This document shows positions 9,139 to 16,642 of a DNA stretch of 24,000 nt, piece by piece. The DNA lies in NCBI RefSeq assembly GCF_001011115.1, contig NZ_CP008874.1, positions 1,292,440-1,316,439 of the forward strand, read 5' to 3'. The translations under genes and the position numbers were made by a program. How positions within the stretch are numbered: position 1 is the stretch's first letter; each line of letters starts with the position of its first letter. The stretch comes from Halanaeroarchaeum sulfurireducens. Lineage in GTDB: Archaea; Halobacteriota; Halobacteria; Halobacteriales; Halobacteriaceae. The notes beneath the pieces are model-generated. The model did no database searches. It was not told where the DNA came from and worked only from the letters and a program-made list of their open reading frames with translations.

Positions 9139-10681
9139 CGGCCTTCCTTGAGTCGAGTTTATCTGCGAATGTTCGTTCGAGCCGGCCGCCGGCCAGTTCC
9201 TCGACGTATCGAAGACTGCGCCGGTGATCCGTCATGGTGATATCGGTCGTCCCGAACTCGTCGCGGTAGACGTACTCTGCGTCCGTGATCCCCATCACCA
9301 GATCGACGCAGTGATCACGCATCGGTTCGCCGATCCACCCGATGCGCTCGTAGTAGTTGATAGCACGCACGGCGGTCCTGGCGTCGTAGGAATCGACGAG
9401 GAAATCGAGCCATTCGAGCATCACGACGTCCGCGAGATAGCCGTCCGGCGGCCGCTCGACGGACGGCGTCGTGTCGCCCGCGCTCGTGACAGCCGCGCCG
9501 AACTGGAACTCCTCTCCCGACGCTGCTGCGGTCTCCGAGCCTGATTCGGGCGACTGCGTGGCAGCCGAACCCGATTCGGCCTCGGCGGTCACCGCGTCGG
9601 CCGACTCCCGGTCCGACGGTTCCTCCGTTTGAACGTCCGTGGCCTGGACTGTTTCCTCGACAGTCTCGGACGCCACATCGGCGTCCCCCTGCCCGGACGA
9701 ATCCTCACCACCGGAGTCGGTCGGTTCCTCATCGGTCAGATCGTCCTCGATGAAGAGGTCCTCCGTCTCGTCGTCACCCTCGCCGGTCGACTCGTCGGCG
9801 TCGTCCTCCTCGACACCCTCGGAGTCCGGTGGCGTTTCCTCGTCCAGATTCTCGTCCGCCCAATCCGCGTCTCCCGACTCGTATTCGGCCTTGAGCTCTT
9901 CGAACGACGTTCCACCGCCGCCCGAATCGTCCCCATCATCGTCCATGGTATCTGAATCCTCCTCGAAGTCTGCGTCGAACTCGTCCGCATCGTCGTCCAT
10001 CGCCGGCATGTCGTCGAACTCGTCTTCCTCATCGTCCATTGCCGGCATACCGTCGAGGTCATCGTCTTCAGGAATCGCGTCGCCCCCTCCCTCCGCTTCG
10101 TCCGTAAATTCGTCGTCGAAGGCGTCGTCTTCGAAAAAGTCCTCGGCCTCCGCGTCCGCGATATCCGAATCGAGATCTTCCTCCGGTTCGTCCGCGACGT
10201 CCTCCTCTCCGTCGTCGAACAGTCCGAAACTCCCCCCTTCCCCGCTCATACCTGCCTCCGTGCTGACGTCGTCGACGAACGGATTGACGCCTCTCGTCAC
10301 CATTTCGTAGATCTCCAGAAGTTTTCGGACGTTCTCCTCTACATCGTCGACCTTCTCGCTGATCTGTTCGTTCTCGCTCCTGACCGTGTTCGCCGTCGAG
10401 GACACGTTCGCAATCTCGCTTTCCAGATCCTCGATTCGGTTCTCCAGCTCGGTCGTATTGGCCCCCGTCCCACCCTCCTCGGCGCCGTCCATGCCGCCGA
10501 AGTCGTCGTCGAAGTCGTCCATCTCGAACTCGTCGTCCATTCCCATCCCATCGTCGATGTCTTCCTCGATCTCCTCGGCATCCGACTCCCCATCGCCACC
10601 GAGCCAACTCGCCAGGCCAATCGCCACGACGCCGAAAGAGAAAGCAAACGAGAAGAATGGAGGGTGCTCGACCAGTGGCAT
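9128..10681 (-). CDS. arlCE: Archaellum accessory protein ArlCE (FlaC-FlaD/E fusion) with a very large acidic linker
   Basis: It has an N-terminal hydrophobic segment and then a coiled-coil FlaC-like region (ELENRIEDLESEIANVSSTANTVRSENEQISEKVDDVEENVRKLLEIYEMVTRGVNPF). A D/E-rich stretch of about 240 aa follows. The C-terminal FlaD/E domain reads MLEWLDFLV...AINYYERIGWIGEPMRDH. Confidence 0.8.
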   Translation of the reverse strand: MPLVEHPPFFSFAFSFGVVAIGLASWLGGDGESDAEEIEEDIDDGMGMDDEFEMDDFDDDFGGMDGAEEGGTGANTTELENRIEDLESEIANVSSTANTVRSENEQISEKVDDVEENVRKLLEIYEMVTRGVNPFVDDVSTEAGMSGEGGSFGLFDDGEEDVADEPEEDLDSDIADAEAEDFFEDDAFDDEFTDEAEGGGDAIPEDDDLDGMPAMDDEEDEFDDMPAMDDDADEFDADFEEDSDTMDDDGDDSGGGGTSFEELKAEYESGDADWADENLDEETPPDSEGVEEDDADESTGEGDDETEDLFIEDDLTDEEPTDSGGEDSSGQGDADVASETVEETVQATDVQTEEPSDRESADAVTAEAESGSAATQSPESGSETAAASGEEFQFGAAVTSAGDTTPSVERPPDGYLADVVMLEWLDFLVDSYDARTAVRAINYYERIGWIGEPMRDHCVDLVMGITDAEYVYRDEFGTTDITMTDHRRSLRYVEELAGGRLERTFADKLDSRKADGI

Positions 10682-10736
10682 CGAGAGGATATCGGGGACG
10701 AGCGCTAATGAATCTTCGGCAAATAGTATAAGATTA

Positions 10737-10748
10737 TTAACTGTTCGA
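10737..10748 (-). promoter_or_regulatory. Shared promoter-proximal motif TCGAACAGTTAA, with an adjacent AT-rich TATA-like sequence, upstream of arlCE
   Basis: This 12-mer is identical to the one at 11408-11419. In gene orientation it reads ATCGAACAGTTAATAATCTTATAC. It lies 55 nt upstream of the arlCE ATG. Confidence 0.4.
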
Positions 10749-10886
10749 TCACGTCGGTTGCACGCGGTTTATGCCGATCATTCGTGGGGTACTCGCCGTG
10801 CGAGATCCGAGTCGGTAGTATCACTTTCCAGACATGATGGAGGGGAGACAGTCACGCGATGGGAACACTGAGTACACCGATGGCGA

Positions 10887-11366
10887 TTACGTCATCGAGG
10901 AGAGCCGTGCGATGTACACCAGACTCAAGACGTGATCGGCCATCGTGAGGTCGGTCGTCCCACCTGAATGGGTGACTTCACGGAATGCCCGCACGTGGTC
11001 ACGAAGGCCGTCACCGACGTCCGAACTGATCCAGCCGACGTTCTCGTAATATTCGATGGCCTCGAGGGTCCGACTGACGCCCGCCCGTCGAAGGACGAAA
11101 TCCAGCCACTCGAAGAGCGTCAGTCGCCCCGCGTAGGCTTCGGGGATCGCAGTCAGATACGGACGCGCCAGGTCCTCGGGGTCCGCCCCGCTCTCGATCA
11201 AAAGAAGCTCTTTGACTTCGTCGGAATGGACCGGCCTCCCGTCGTCGCTCGTCTCGGTTTCCGTCTCGATGCGTGATTTGAGTTCGTCGACGTCCTGGCC
11301 CCCGAGTTCCTCGCGGGCGGCGCTCCGAAGATCGTCGGGATCCATATCTCGTGGGTTGATGGTCAT
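10887..11366 (-). CDS. arlD: Archaellum accessory protein ArlD (FlaD/E-domain protein)
   Basis: The FlaD/E domain LFEWLDFVLRRAG...AIEYYENVGWISSDVGDGLRDH is paralogous to the C-terminus of ArlCE. ATG at 11366. Confidence 0.75.
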   Translation of the reverse strand: MTINPRDMDPDDLRSAAREELGGQDVDELKSRIETETETSDDGRPVHSDEVKELLLIESGADPEDLARPYLTAIPEAYAGRLTLFEWLDFVLRRAGVSRTLEAIEYYENVGWISSDVGDGLRDHVRAFREVTHSGGTTDLTMADHVLSLVYIARLSSMT

Positions 11367-11407
11367 CGTCAGTAGATCGGTTAGTTCGAGGGACGGGTGC
11401 GGACTAC

Positions 11408-11419
11408 TTAACTGTTCGA
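11408..11419 (-). promoter_or_regulatory. Shared promoter-proximal motif TCGAACAGTTAA upstream of arlD
   Basis: This 12-mer is identical to the one at 10737-10748. In gene orientation it reads GTCGAACAGTTAAGTAGTCC. It lies 41 nt upstream of the arlD ATG. Confidence 0.4.
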
Positions 11420-11433
11420 CTGCCAGGGGCGTT

Positions 11434-11443
11434 CCCCCCCCCC
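11434..11443. repeat. C10 (G10 on the minus strand) homopolymer in the divergent arlD / Ig-repeat-protein intergenic region
   Basis: The sequence reads directly as gtt-cccccccccc-ggccc. Confidence 0.9.
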
Positions 11444-11513
11444 GGCCCTACGCAGTTCGCATCGAACTCCGGAGCACAATGGTCAAGCCCCCTCGGCTTC
11501 GAGAGGTGTACGA

Positions 11514-13055
11514 ATGGCCCGGCGCGTCCGAACCACCGTGCTCGCACTCGTTTTGCTCCTCGTCGTATCATCACTGTCCGTTCCCGGCGTGGTCGGTGCT
11601 GCAGACGACGACTGGACCATTGCGGTCGACGTCAATGGAGAATCCGTCTCCCAGGGCGAGCGGGTCGTCGTTTCCGATGCAAACCTGACCGTCCGTATCT
11701 CGGGAGAAGTGGACCTTTCATCGGTCGTCGTCCGGGTAAACGGCGACGACATCGGTCCGTTCTACCCGGATGGAACGACGTTTACCCGGACAGTTGACCC
11801 GGAGCTCCACGGTGGCGACAACTCGATTCGCGTCATCGCGACGGACGAAAACGAGCGGACCCTGACCCACGATCTAACGGTGTACCGAGACTCGATACCA
11901 CCGTTTTTCAGCCTCTCGTCCCCGTTCACAGTCCGTGAAGGGTATGCCTTCCCCTCGGTCGCCACCCTCGATGACGTGAACGAATCCCAAAACGACTCCG
12001 TGACCATCGACGATGCGAACGTTACGGTTCGCGGTGCGGTCCACGACGAATCCGCCGTGACCGATTTCGAGGCCCGAATCGTCAACGACGGATCGGAGAA
12101 AACCACCGGTCTTTCCGACGATTCTACGTTCGAATTGACAACGACGCTGCCGCTCGGGAACTCGACGCTGGAGATTCGGGCGACCGACGAGTACGATAAT
12201 CGACGTCTCGCCAAAACGCGGATCCACGTCGAAGACGGCGAGTATCCGACTGTCTCCTTTGATGGGTGGCAAGATGAAAGTACCGAGCCCGTGGACGTGC
12301 GGGTCAGGGCGACGGACGACGTCGGAGTAACCTCACTGACACTCGATCCGGAGGGGCAACCGGAGCGGGAGCTACTCGAACCGACCGAAACGTTGTTCGA
12401 CGCAGGCCGGGATGTCGTGGTTCGCAACGCGACAATCGAGTTCCGCCACGCAGGGGTCTACAACGTCACCGTCACGGCGAAGGACGTGGCGGGCAACGTG
12501 ACCCGACTCAACAGGACTATCGAATACGACCCGACCACCGAAGCCGAGGCCGCTGTTCCGGCGATAGAGATCCACGAACCGGAGAGTGGCATGGTGAACG
12601 ATGGAACGTATCTCCTGAACGCGACCGTGACTGATGGGTCGGTGACCCAGGTGGCCGTCGAATCGGAACCGAGTGACTCGGAGTCCATGACGTACGCGGT
12701 GATCTACGACGGGCCTGTCCGCGAAACGGTGTCGATCTACCGCCGCATCCCCGTTGAGCCGGGTGAAAACGACGTGCGCATTCGGGCAACGGACGCGTAC
12801 GGTGTCGGCCACGTCGAGACCGTCACCGTGGATACCACGGCCGAGTCCGATTGGTTGGCAACGCCGACTCCGACCGAGACGACATCTCCCACTCCCACGA
12901 CGTCGACCACGGCACCCTTCTCGGACGTGACAGTGAGGAGCGAAGAGCCGCTGACCTCCGTAACTGACTCGTCCGTTCCGCTCTCTCCCTCGCCCGCAAT
13001 TATCGCCATGCTGACTATCGCCGCTATCGTGTGGATGCGGGCGCAAACGGAATGA
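11514..13055 (+). CDS. Secreted, C-terminally membrane-anchored protein with about five Ig-like repeats (putative glycoprotein); function unknown
   Basis: The signal peptide is MARRVRTTVLALVLLLVVSSLSVPGVVGA. A repeat signature 'x-[IV]-R-[AV]-TD-x-x-x-N/G' recurs five times (SIRVIATDENER, LEIRATDEYDNR, VRVRATDDVGV, VTVTAKDVAGN, VRIRATDAYGV). There are many N-x-S/T sequons and a Thr/Pro linker (ATPTPTETTSPTPTTSTTAP). The C-terminal TM helix is PAIIAMLTIAAIVWM followed by RAQTE. Confidence 0.7.
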   Translation: MARRVRTTVLALVLLLVVSSLSVPGVVGAADDDWTIAVDVNGESVSQGERVVVSDANLTVRISGEVDLSSVVVRVNGDDIGPFYPDGTTFTRTVDPELHGGDNSIRVIATDENERTLTHDLTVYRDSIPPFFSLSSPFTVREGYAFPSVATLDDVNESQNDSVTIDDANVTVRGAVHDESAVTDFEARIVNDGSEKTTGLSDDSTFELTTTLPLGNSTLEIRATDEYDNRRLAKTRIHVEDGEYPTVSFDGWQDESTEPVDVRVRATDDVGVTSLTLDPEGQPERELLEPTETLFDAGRDVVVRNATIEFRHAGVYNVTVTAKDVAGNVTRLNRTIEYDPTTEAEAAVPAIEIHEPESGMVNDGTYLLNATVTDGSVTQVAVESEPSDSESMTYAVIYDGPVRETVSIYRRIPVEPGENDVRIRATDAYGVGHVETVTVDTTAESDWLATPTPTETTSPTPTTSTTAPFSDVTVRSEEPLTSVTDSSVPLSPSPAIIAMLTIAAIVWMRAQTE

Positions 13056-13114
13056 ACAGGCGACATCCGCCGCCTACCGCCATTATCGAAGTCGATAACC
13101 GAGCCCCAATACTC

Positions 13115-13120
13115 TTATAG
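13115..13120 (+). promoter_or_regulatory. TATA-like element (TTATAG) upstream of arlA1
   Basis: This is the only AT-rich hexamer in the 121-nt region upstream of arlA1. It is 57 nt before the ATG at 13177. This is a position-based guess only. Confidence 0.3.
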
Positions 13121-13144
13121 TGCCTCTGGATACTCCGTGGTAAG

Positions 13145-13166
13145 CAAGCGCCACGACTGGTGCTTG
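13145..13166 (+). promoter_or_regulatory. Stem-loop in the putative arlA1 5' leader
   Basis: CAAGCGCCA / CGAC / UGGUGCUUG gives a 9-bp stem (one G-U pair) with a 4-nt loop. It ends 10 nt before the ATG at 13177. Confidence 0.35.
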
Positions 13167-13176
13167 TCGCAAACCC

Positions 13177-13809
13177 ATGATACGAGATACATTCGACTCA
13201 GTGCGAGACCGCCTCCCGGAATCGGGAGAGCATGGTCAGGTCGGTATCGGTACCCTGATCGTGTTCATCGCGATGGTCCTCGTCGCGGCCATCGCCGCGG
13301 GCGTGCTGATCAACACGGCCGGCTTCCTCCAGACTCAGGCCGAATCCACAGGTGAACAGAGTGCGTCCCAGGTGTCCAACTCCGCGCAGGTCGTCTACGC
13401 CAGCGGGAACGTAAACTCCGGAGAAGACGCTATTGACCTTGTTAACTTGACCGTCATGAAGGCACCCGGGTCCGACAACATCAACCTCTCGAAGGCCACC
13501 ATCAACTGGAACGGTGATCAGTCTGCCATTCTTACCGGAACGTACGCAGAGGGAGGCGACCCGTCCAATTTACCCGATGGCTCAACCTTTGTGATATCCA
13601 CGATCAACGATAGTAACCTCGGGACCGCCCCAGTACTCGTGGAATCATCTGATCGCCTGCGGCTCACCCTTGATGCTTCGCAAATTGAAGACGAGATCCA
13701 GGCAGGTCAGGCGGTCGATCTGACACTCGTCACCCAGTCTGGCGCCGAGACCACGTATACGCTGGTCGTCCCCGAATCGCTCGAACAGAAGGAAACGGTG
13801 AACCTGTAA
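13177..13809 (+). CDS. arlA1: Archaellin (major filament protein), paralog 1
   Basis: It has a class III signal peptide and a conserved mature N-terminus (G|[32 protein letters not shown]). The ATG at 13177 gives an unusually long 20-aa leader. An in-frame GTG at 13201 would give a typical 12-aa leader. Confidence 0.9.
   Translation: MIRDTFDSVRDRLPESGEHGQVGIGTLIVFIAMVLVAAIAAGVLINTAGFLQTQAESTGEQSASQVSNSAQVVYASGNVNSGEDAIDLVNLTVMKAPGSDNINLSKATINWNGDQSAILTGTYAEGGDPSNLPDGSTFVISTINDSNLGTAPVLVESSDRLRLTLDASQIEDEIQAGQAVDLTLVTQSGAETTYTLVVPESLEQKETVNL
13234..13410 (+). repeat. Near-identical 177-nt block shared with arlA2 (13844-14020)
   Basis: By eye there are 7 mismatches in 177 nt, all at third codon positions. 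The block includes a perfectly identical 92-nt run (13252-13343 = 13862-13953). The offset is exactly 610 nt. Confidence 0.9.
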
Positions 13810-13810
13810 G

Positions 13811-14422
13811 ATGTTCGAATTCATTAATGATCCCGAGGAACGCGGCCAGGTCGGTATCGGCACCCTGATCGTGTTCATCGCGATGGTCCTCGTCGCGGCC
13901 ATCGCCGCGGGCGTGCTGATCAACACGGCCGGCTTCCTCCAGACTCAGGCCGAGTCCACAGGCGAACAGAGTGCGTCCCAGGTCTCCAACTCCGCACAGG
14001 TCGTCTACGCCAGCGGGAATGTTAGTGATGAAAGTGTCGACCTCGTCAACGTGACCGTCAAAAAGGCACCTGGGTCCGACAATATCAACCTCTCGAAGGC
14101 CACTATCAATTGGAACGGTGATAAGTCAGCGATCCTGACTGGGCTGAACGAATCAGATCTTGGAGACGCCACTCTTACTAATTTCACTCATTCCAATGCG
14201 TTCATAATCTCAACGATCGACGGGGATAAACTCGGGACCGGCCCTGTTTTGGTCGAATCGGCCGACCGGTTGAGGATCACCATGAACGCCACCGCCATTG
14301 AAAGCGGACTCTCCCCAGGACAGACAGTCGATATGACGCTGGTGACACAGTCCGGCGCCGAGACAACCTACACACTGGTCGTCCCCGAGTCGCTCACTGA
14401 TAAGCAGACGGTCAGTCTCTAA
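13811..14422 (+). CDS. arlA2: Archaellin, paralog 2
   Basis: [12 protein letters not shown]|[32 protein letters not shown] is the canonical haloarchaeal archaellin N-terminus. The ATG is 1 nt after the arlA1 stop. Confidence 0.93.
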   Translation: MFEFINDPEERGQVGIGTLIVFIAMVLVAAIAAGVLINTAGFLQTQAESTGEQSASQVSNSAQVVYASGNVSDESVDLVNVTVKKAPGSDNINLSKATINWNGDKSAILTGLNESDLGDATLTNFTHSNAFIISTIDGDKLGTGPVLVESADRLRITMNATAIESGLSPGQTVDMTLVTQSGAETTYTLVVPESLTDKQTVSL

Positions 14423-14430
14423 CCTCCGGC

Positions 14431-14452
14431 AAAAAGATTCTTCTTCTCTCTC
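14431..14452. terminator. Possible bidirectional terminator region between convergent arlA2 and the Tat-signal gene
   Basis: An A5 run (T5 on the minus strand) is followed by the pyrimidine run ttcttcttctctctc. Oligo-T tracts are the usual haloarchaeal termination signal. No strong hairpin is present. Confidence 0.3.
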
Positions 14453-14522
14453 GACGCACTCGAGTGCCATCGAAGGAACAAACCCTCTCGGATGGTGAGA
14501 TAGATATCCGCCGTCGACTGCT

Positions 14523-15128
14523 CTAGGAACCAGTCGTCGTCTTCGTGTTCGTGTACTCACTCTCCAGCACCTGATTGATGATGCGCGAATCGTTCCAGGT
14601 GCCCTCGTTGTACTTGCGAACCCACTCGCGCCAGACAAAGTAACCGTCGGGCAAATCGGCGGAATTCGCCGAGGGCTCAATCTGCGTTCGAACCACCTTA
14701 CCCCGATCCCCACCCTGGGCGACGTACTCCGAAAACATCGCGATCACTTGACCCACCTCCCGGAGGTGCTGCCGGCGGGGCGATACGTCCCCACCCTCCG
14801 ACGCGAGCGTTTCGTACGAGACGTGAATGACGTCCTCCTCCGAGAAATAGCGAAACTCCGTTACGTCGAGTCGGGCGTTTTCCGCGCCGGCGTTCTCCAA
14901 GATATAGTGAAATTCGCCGAGTGTTGCTTCCCCGTCATCGTTCGGCTGCTCAGGTTCGATAGCTCGTCCCTCCATCTCGTTACCCAGAATGGCATACCCG
15001 ACTCCGATTGCACTGCCGACGCCGATCCCACCGATTCCAGCAAGAATCTTCCGGCGAGAGATGAGATGGGATTCCTCCGATTCGCTACTTCCATCACTAG
15101 ACTCCGGTCCCGCCTCGTCTTCAGTCAT
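14523..15128 (-). CDS. Small acidic protein with a twin-arginine (Tat) signal or N-terminal anchor; function unknown
   Basis: ATG at 15128 (MTEDEAGPESS...). The Tat-like motif SRRKILAGIGGIGVGSAIGVGYAIL is followed by an acidic soluble domain of about 150 aa. The upstream half of the 395-aa ORF-track entry is antisense to the HEAT gene and is not used. Confidence 0.65.
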   Translation of the reverse strand: MTEDEAGPESSDGSSESEESHLISRRKILAGIGGIGVGSAIGVGYAILGNEMEGRAIEPEQPNDDGEATLGEFHYILENAGAENARLDVTEFRYFSEEDVIHVSYETLASEGGDVSPRRQHLREVGQVIAMFSEYVAQGGDRGKVVRTQIEPSANSADLPDGYFVWREWVRKYNEGTWNDSRIINQVLESEYTNTKTTTGS

Positions 15129-15240
15129 GGGTACCCTAGAAGATAGCCCTATTTGTCGTTTGTGTGACCAGCACGGGTGGATCGCTGGCGATGGCAAAAC
15201 CAGCAAAACCATTACCGTCGGGGCGCCAAGGGTATCGGTA

Positions 15241-16479
15241 GTGCCATCCCTGTTCGGACTCGAACGCGACAAGGACGTCGAGGCGCTCCGTGAGCTCCTC
15301 GCCACGAGTGACAACCCAATGGTCCGCAAGCGGGCCGCCGAGATCCTGGGGAACCTCGACGAGACGGGCGACGAAGAGATCGAGACGCTGGTCGCCGCCG
15401 TCCAGAACGACGAGGACGAGGCCGTCCGTGCGGCCTCCATCGACGCGCTGACACAGCTCGAAGCCATCGACGCCCTGCTGACTGCGCTCGGGCGGAACGT
15501 TCCCGAGGAGAGCGCGAACTGGGCGAAAGCGGAGACGTTCGTGTCCGATCTCACCGCCGACGCACCCGAACTGCGTATGGCCGCGGCGAACGTTCTGGGA
15601 CAGATCGGTAGCGAGAACGCCGTCCGTCCCCTGATGTCCGCACTCGACGATCGTGATCCGCGCGTGCGCGCCCGGGCGGCGCGGGCCCTCGGACAGATCG
15701 GCGAACCCACCGCCGCGGGAGCGCTCGCGAATCGCCTGCATGGTGAACCGCTTCCAGTCCGGCGAGAAGCGGCCGACGCGCTCGGTCACCTGGGCGGCGA
15801 CGACGCACTCGAGGGACTGCTCACGATCGTCGACGCCGACAGCGAAGAGCTGCGTCGTACGGCAGCGACCTCGCTGGGTCGGTTCGGTGACGAACGTCCC
15901 ATCGACGCGCTCGTGGACCTGCTCGGGGACGAGAGCGACCTCGTCCGACGGAGCGCCGTGTTCTCGCTCATCGAGATCCTCTCGAACGTCGACTCCGAGA
16001 AAAGTGACGACCTCCGGCAGTCGATCGTGGAACGAATGAGTGCCAGCGACGATCCGAGCATCGTGCAATCGCTGGCGGAAATCGTCGAGGAGGGGACACA
16101 ACTCCACCAGCGGCGCAACGCCGTCTGGATGCTCGGCCGGGTCGCGGGCGAGCAGAGCAAGAAGACGGCGGTCGAATCGCTCATCAACGTCCTGGACGAC
16201 GAGGACCAGCTCATCCAGCAGTTCGCGGCGACGAGTCTGGCGGAGATCGGTGGTCGATCCGTCGAGACCGCGCTGTTGCACACCATCGACGAGGCCACGT
16301 CCACGGACGCCATCGCAATGGCCGCATTCACGCTGGGAAAGGTCGGAAGCGACCGGGCAAAGCGCCGGCTCGAACGGCTCGTCGACGACACCGAGAGCGA
16401 GGAGGTCCGTCGCAAAGCATTCTCGGCGATGTCGAAACTCGGTGGCGGCGGCCAGGATTTCGGCGGGTTGGATTTTTGA
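15241..16479 (+). CDS. HEAT-repeat (PBS-lyase HEAT-like) protein of the che/arl region
   Basis: It contains tandem repeats of the form 'D-x-[DE]-x-x-VR-x-x-A-x-x-[AS]LG-x-[IL]G' (for example DDRDPRVRARAARALGQIGEP). It sits directly upstream of cheF1, like the HEAT_PBS gene OE2401F in H. salinarum. The start is uncertain. I chose the GTG at 15241 (xPSLFGLERDKDVEALRELL), because the ATG at 15127 adds a Cys-rich, basic and non-halophilic peptide and would overlap the divergent gene start. Confidence 0.75.
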   Translation: MPSLFGLERDKDVEALRELLATSDNPMVRKRAAEILGNLDETGDEEIETLVAAVQNDEDEAVRAASIDALTQLEAIDALLTALGRNVPEESANWAKAETFVSDLTADAPELRMAAANVLGQIGSENAVRPLMSALDDRDPRVRARAARALGQIGEPTAAGALANRLHGEPLPVRREAADALGHLGGDDALEGLLTIVDADSEELRRTAATSLGRFGDERPIDALVDLLGDESDLVRRSAVFSLIEILSNVDSEKSDDLRQSIVERMSASDDPSIVQSLAEIVEEGTQLHQRRNAVWMLGRVAGEQSKKTAVESLINVLDDEDQLIQQFAATSLAEIGGRSVETALLHTIDEATSTDAIAMAAFTLGKVGSDRAKRRLERLVDDTESEEVRRKAFSAMSKLGGGGQDFGGLDF

Positions 16480-16642
16480 TACACGTCCGACACGAGCGAG
16501 GTAAAGCGTTATATGGCGAACCCGTCAACACTACATCGATAATGGTATCGGCGGGACCCCGCCCTGAGGGGGGTGTCGGACTCGGTGCCGGGTCCACAGG
16601 GGAAGTCGTCCCGCCGTCGGTGACCAAAGGGAACCAACACAG

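Noticed and set aside
9639-10310. A Ser-rich 223-aa + strand ORF, and the apparent periodic repeats, considered as a possible CRISPR-like or satellite array.
   Set aside because: This is the antisense of the GAx/GAC-rich codons of the ArlCE acidic linker. The periodicity is codon-level low complexity, not repeat-spacer architecture.
15127-15240. The ATG at 15127 as the start of the HEAT-repeat protein.
   Set aside because: It would add MGTLEDSPICRLCDQHGWIAGDGKTSKTITVGAPRVSV, which is Cys-rich, basic and non-repeat. It would also overlap the divergent gene's start codon by 2 nt and leave no promoter space. The GTG at 15241 is preferred but unverified.
15129-15710. The N-terminal half of the 395-aa minus-strand ORF (14523..15710), and the 381-aa minus-strand ORF at 15136..16281.
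   Set aside because: These segments are antisense to the HEAT-repeat gene and are Arg/Ser/Ala-rich. Only the part downstream of the ATG at 15128 has a halophile-like composition and a coherent Tat signal.
16480-16642. GC-rich palindromes (for example GGCGG-gaccc-CCGCC near 16551-16565) and a T5 run at the HEAT gene stop, considered as a distinct regulatory RNA or terminator.
   Set aside because: The stems are short (5 bp) and the spacer also has to hold the cheF1 promoter (GTTATATGG near 16513-16521). The evidence is too thin to call a feature.
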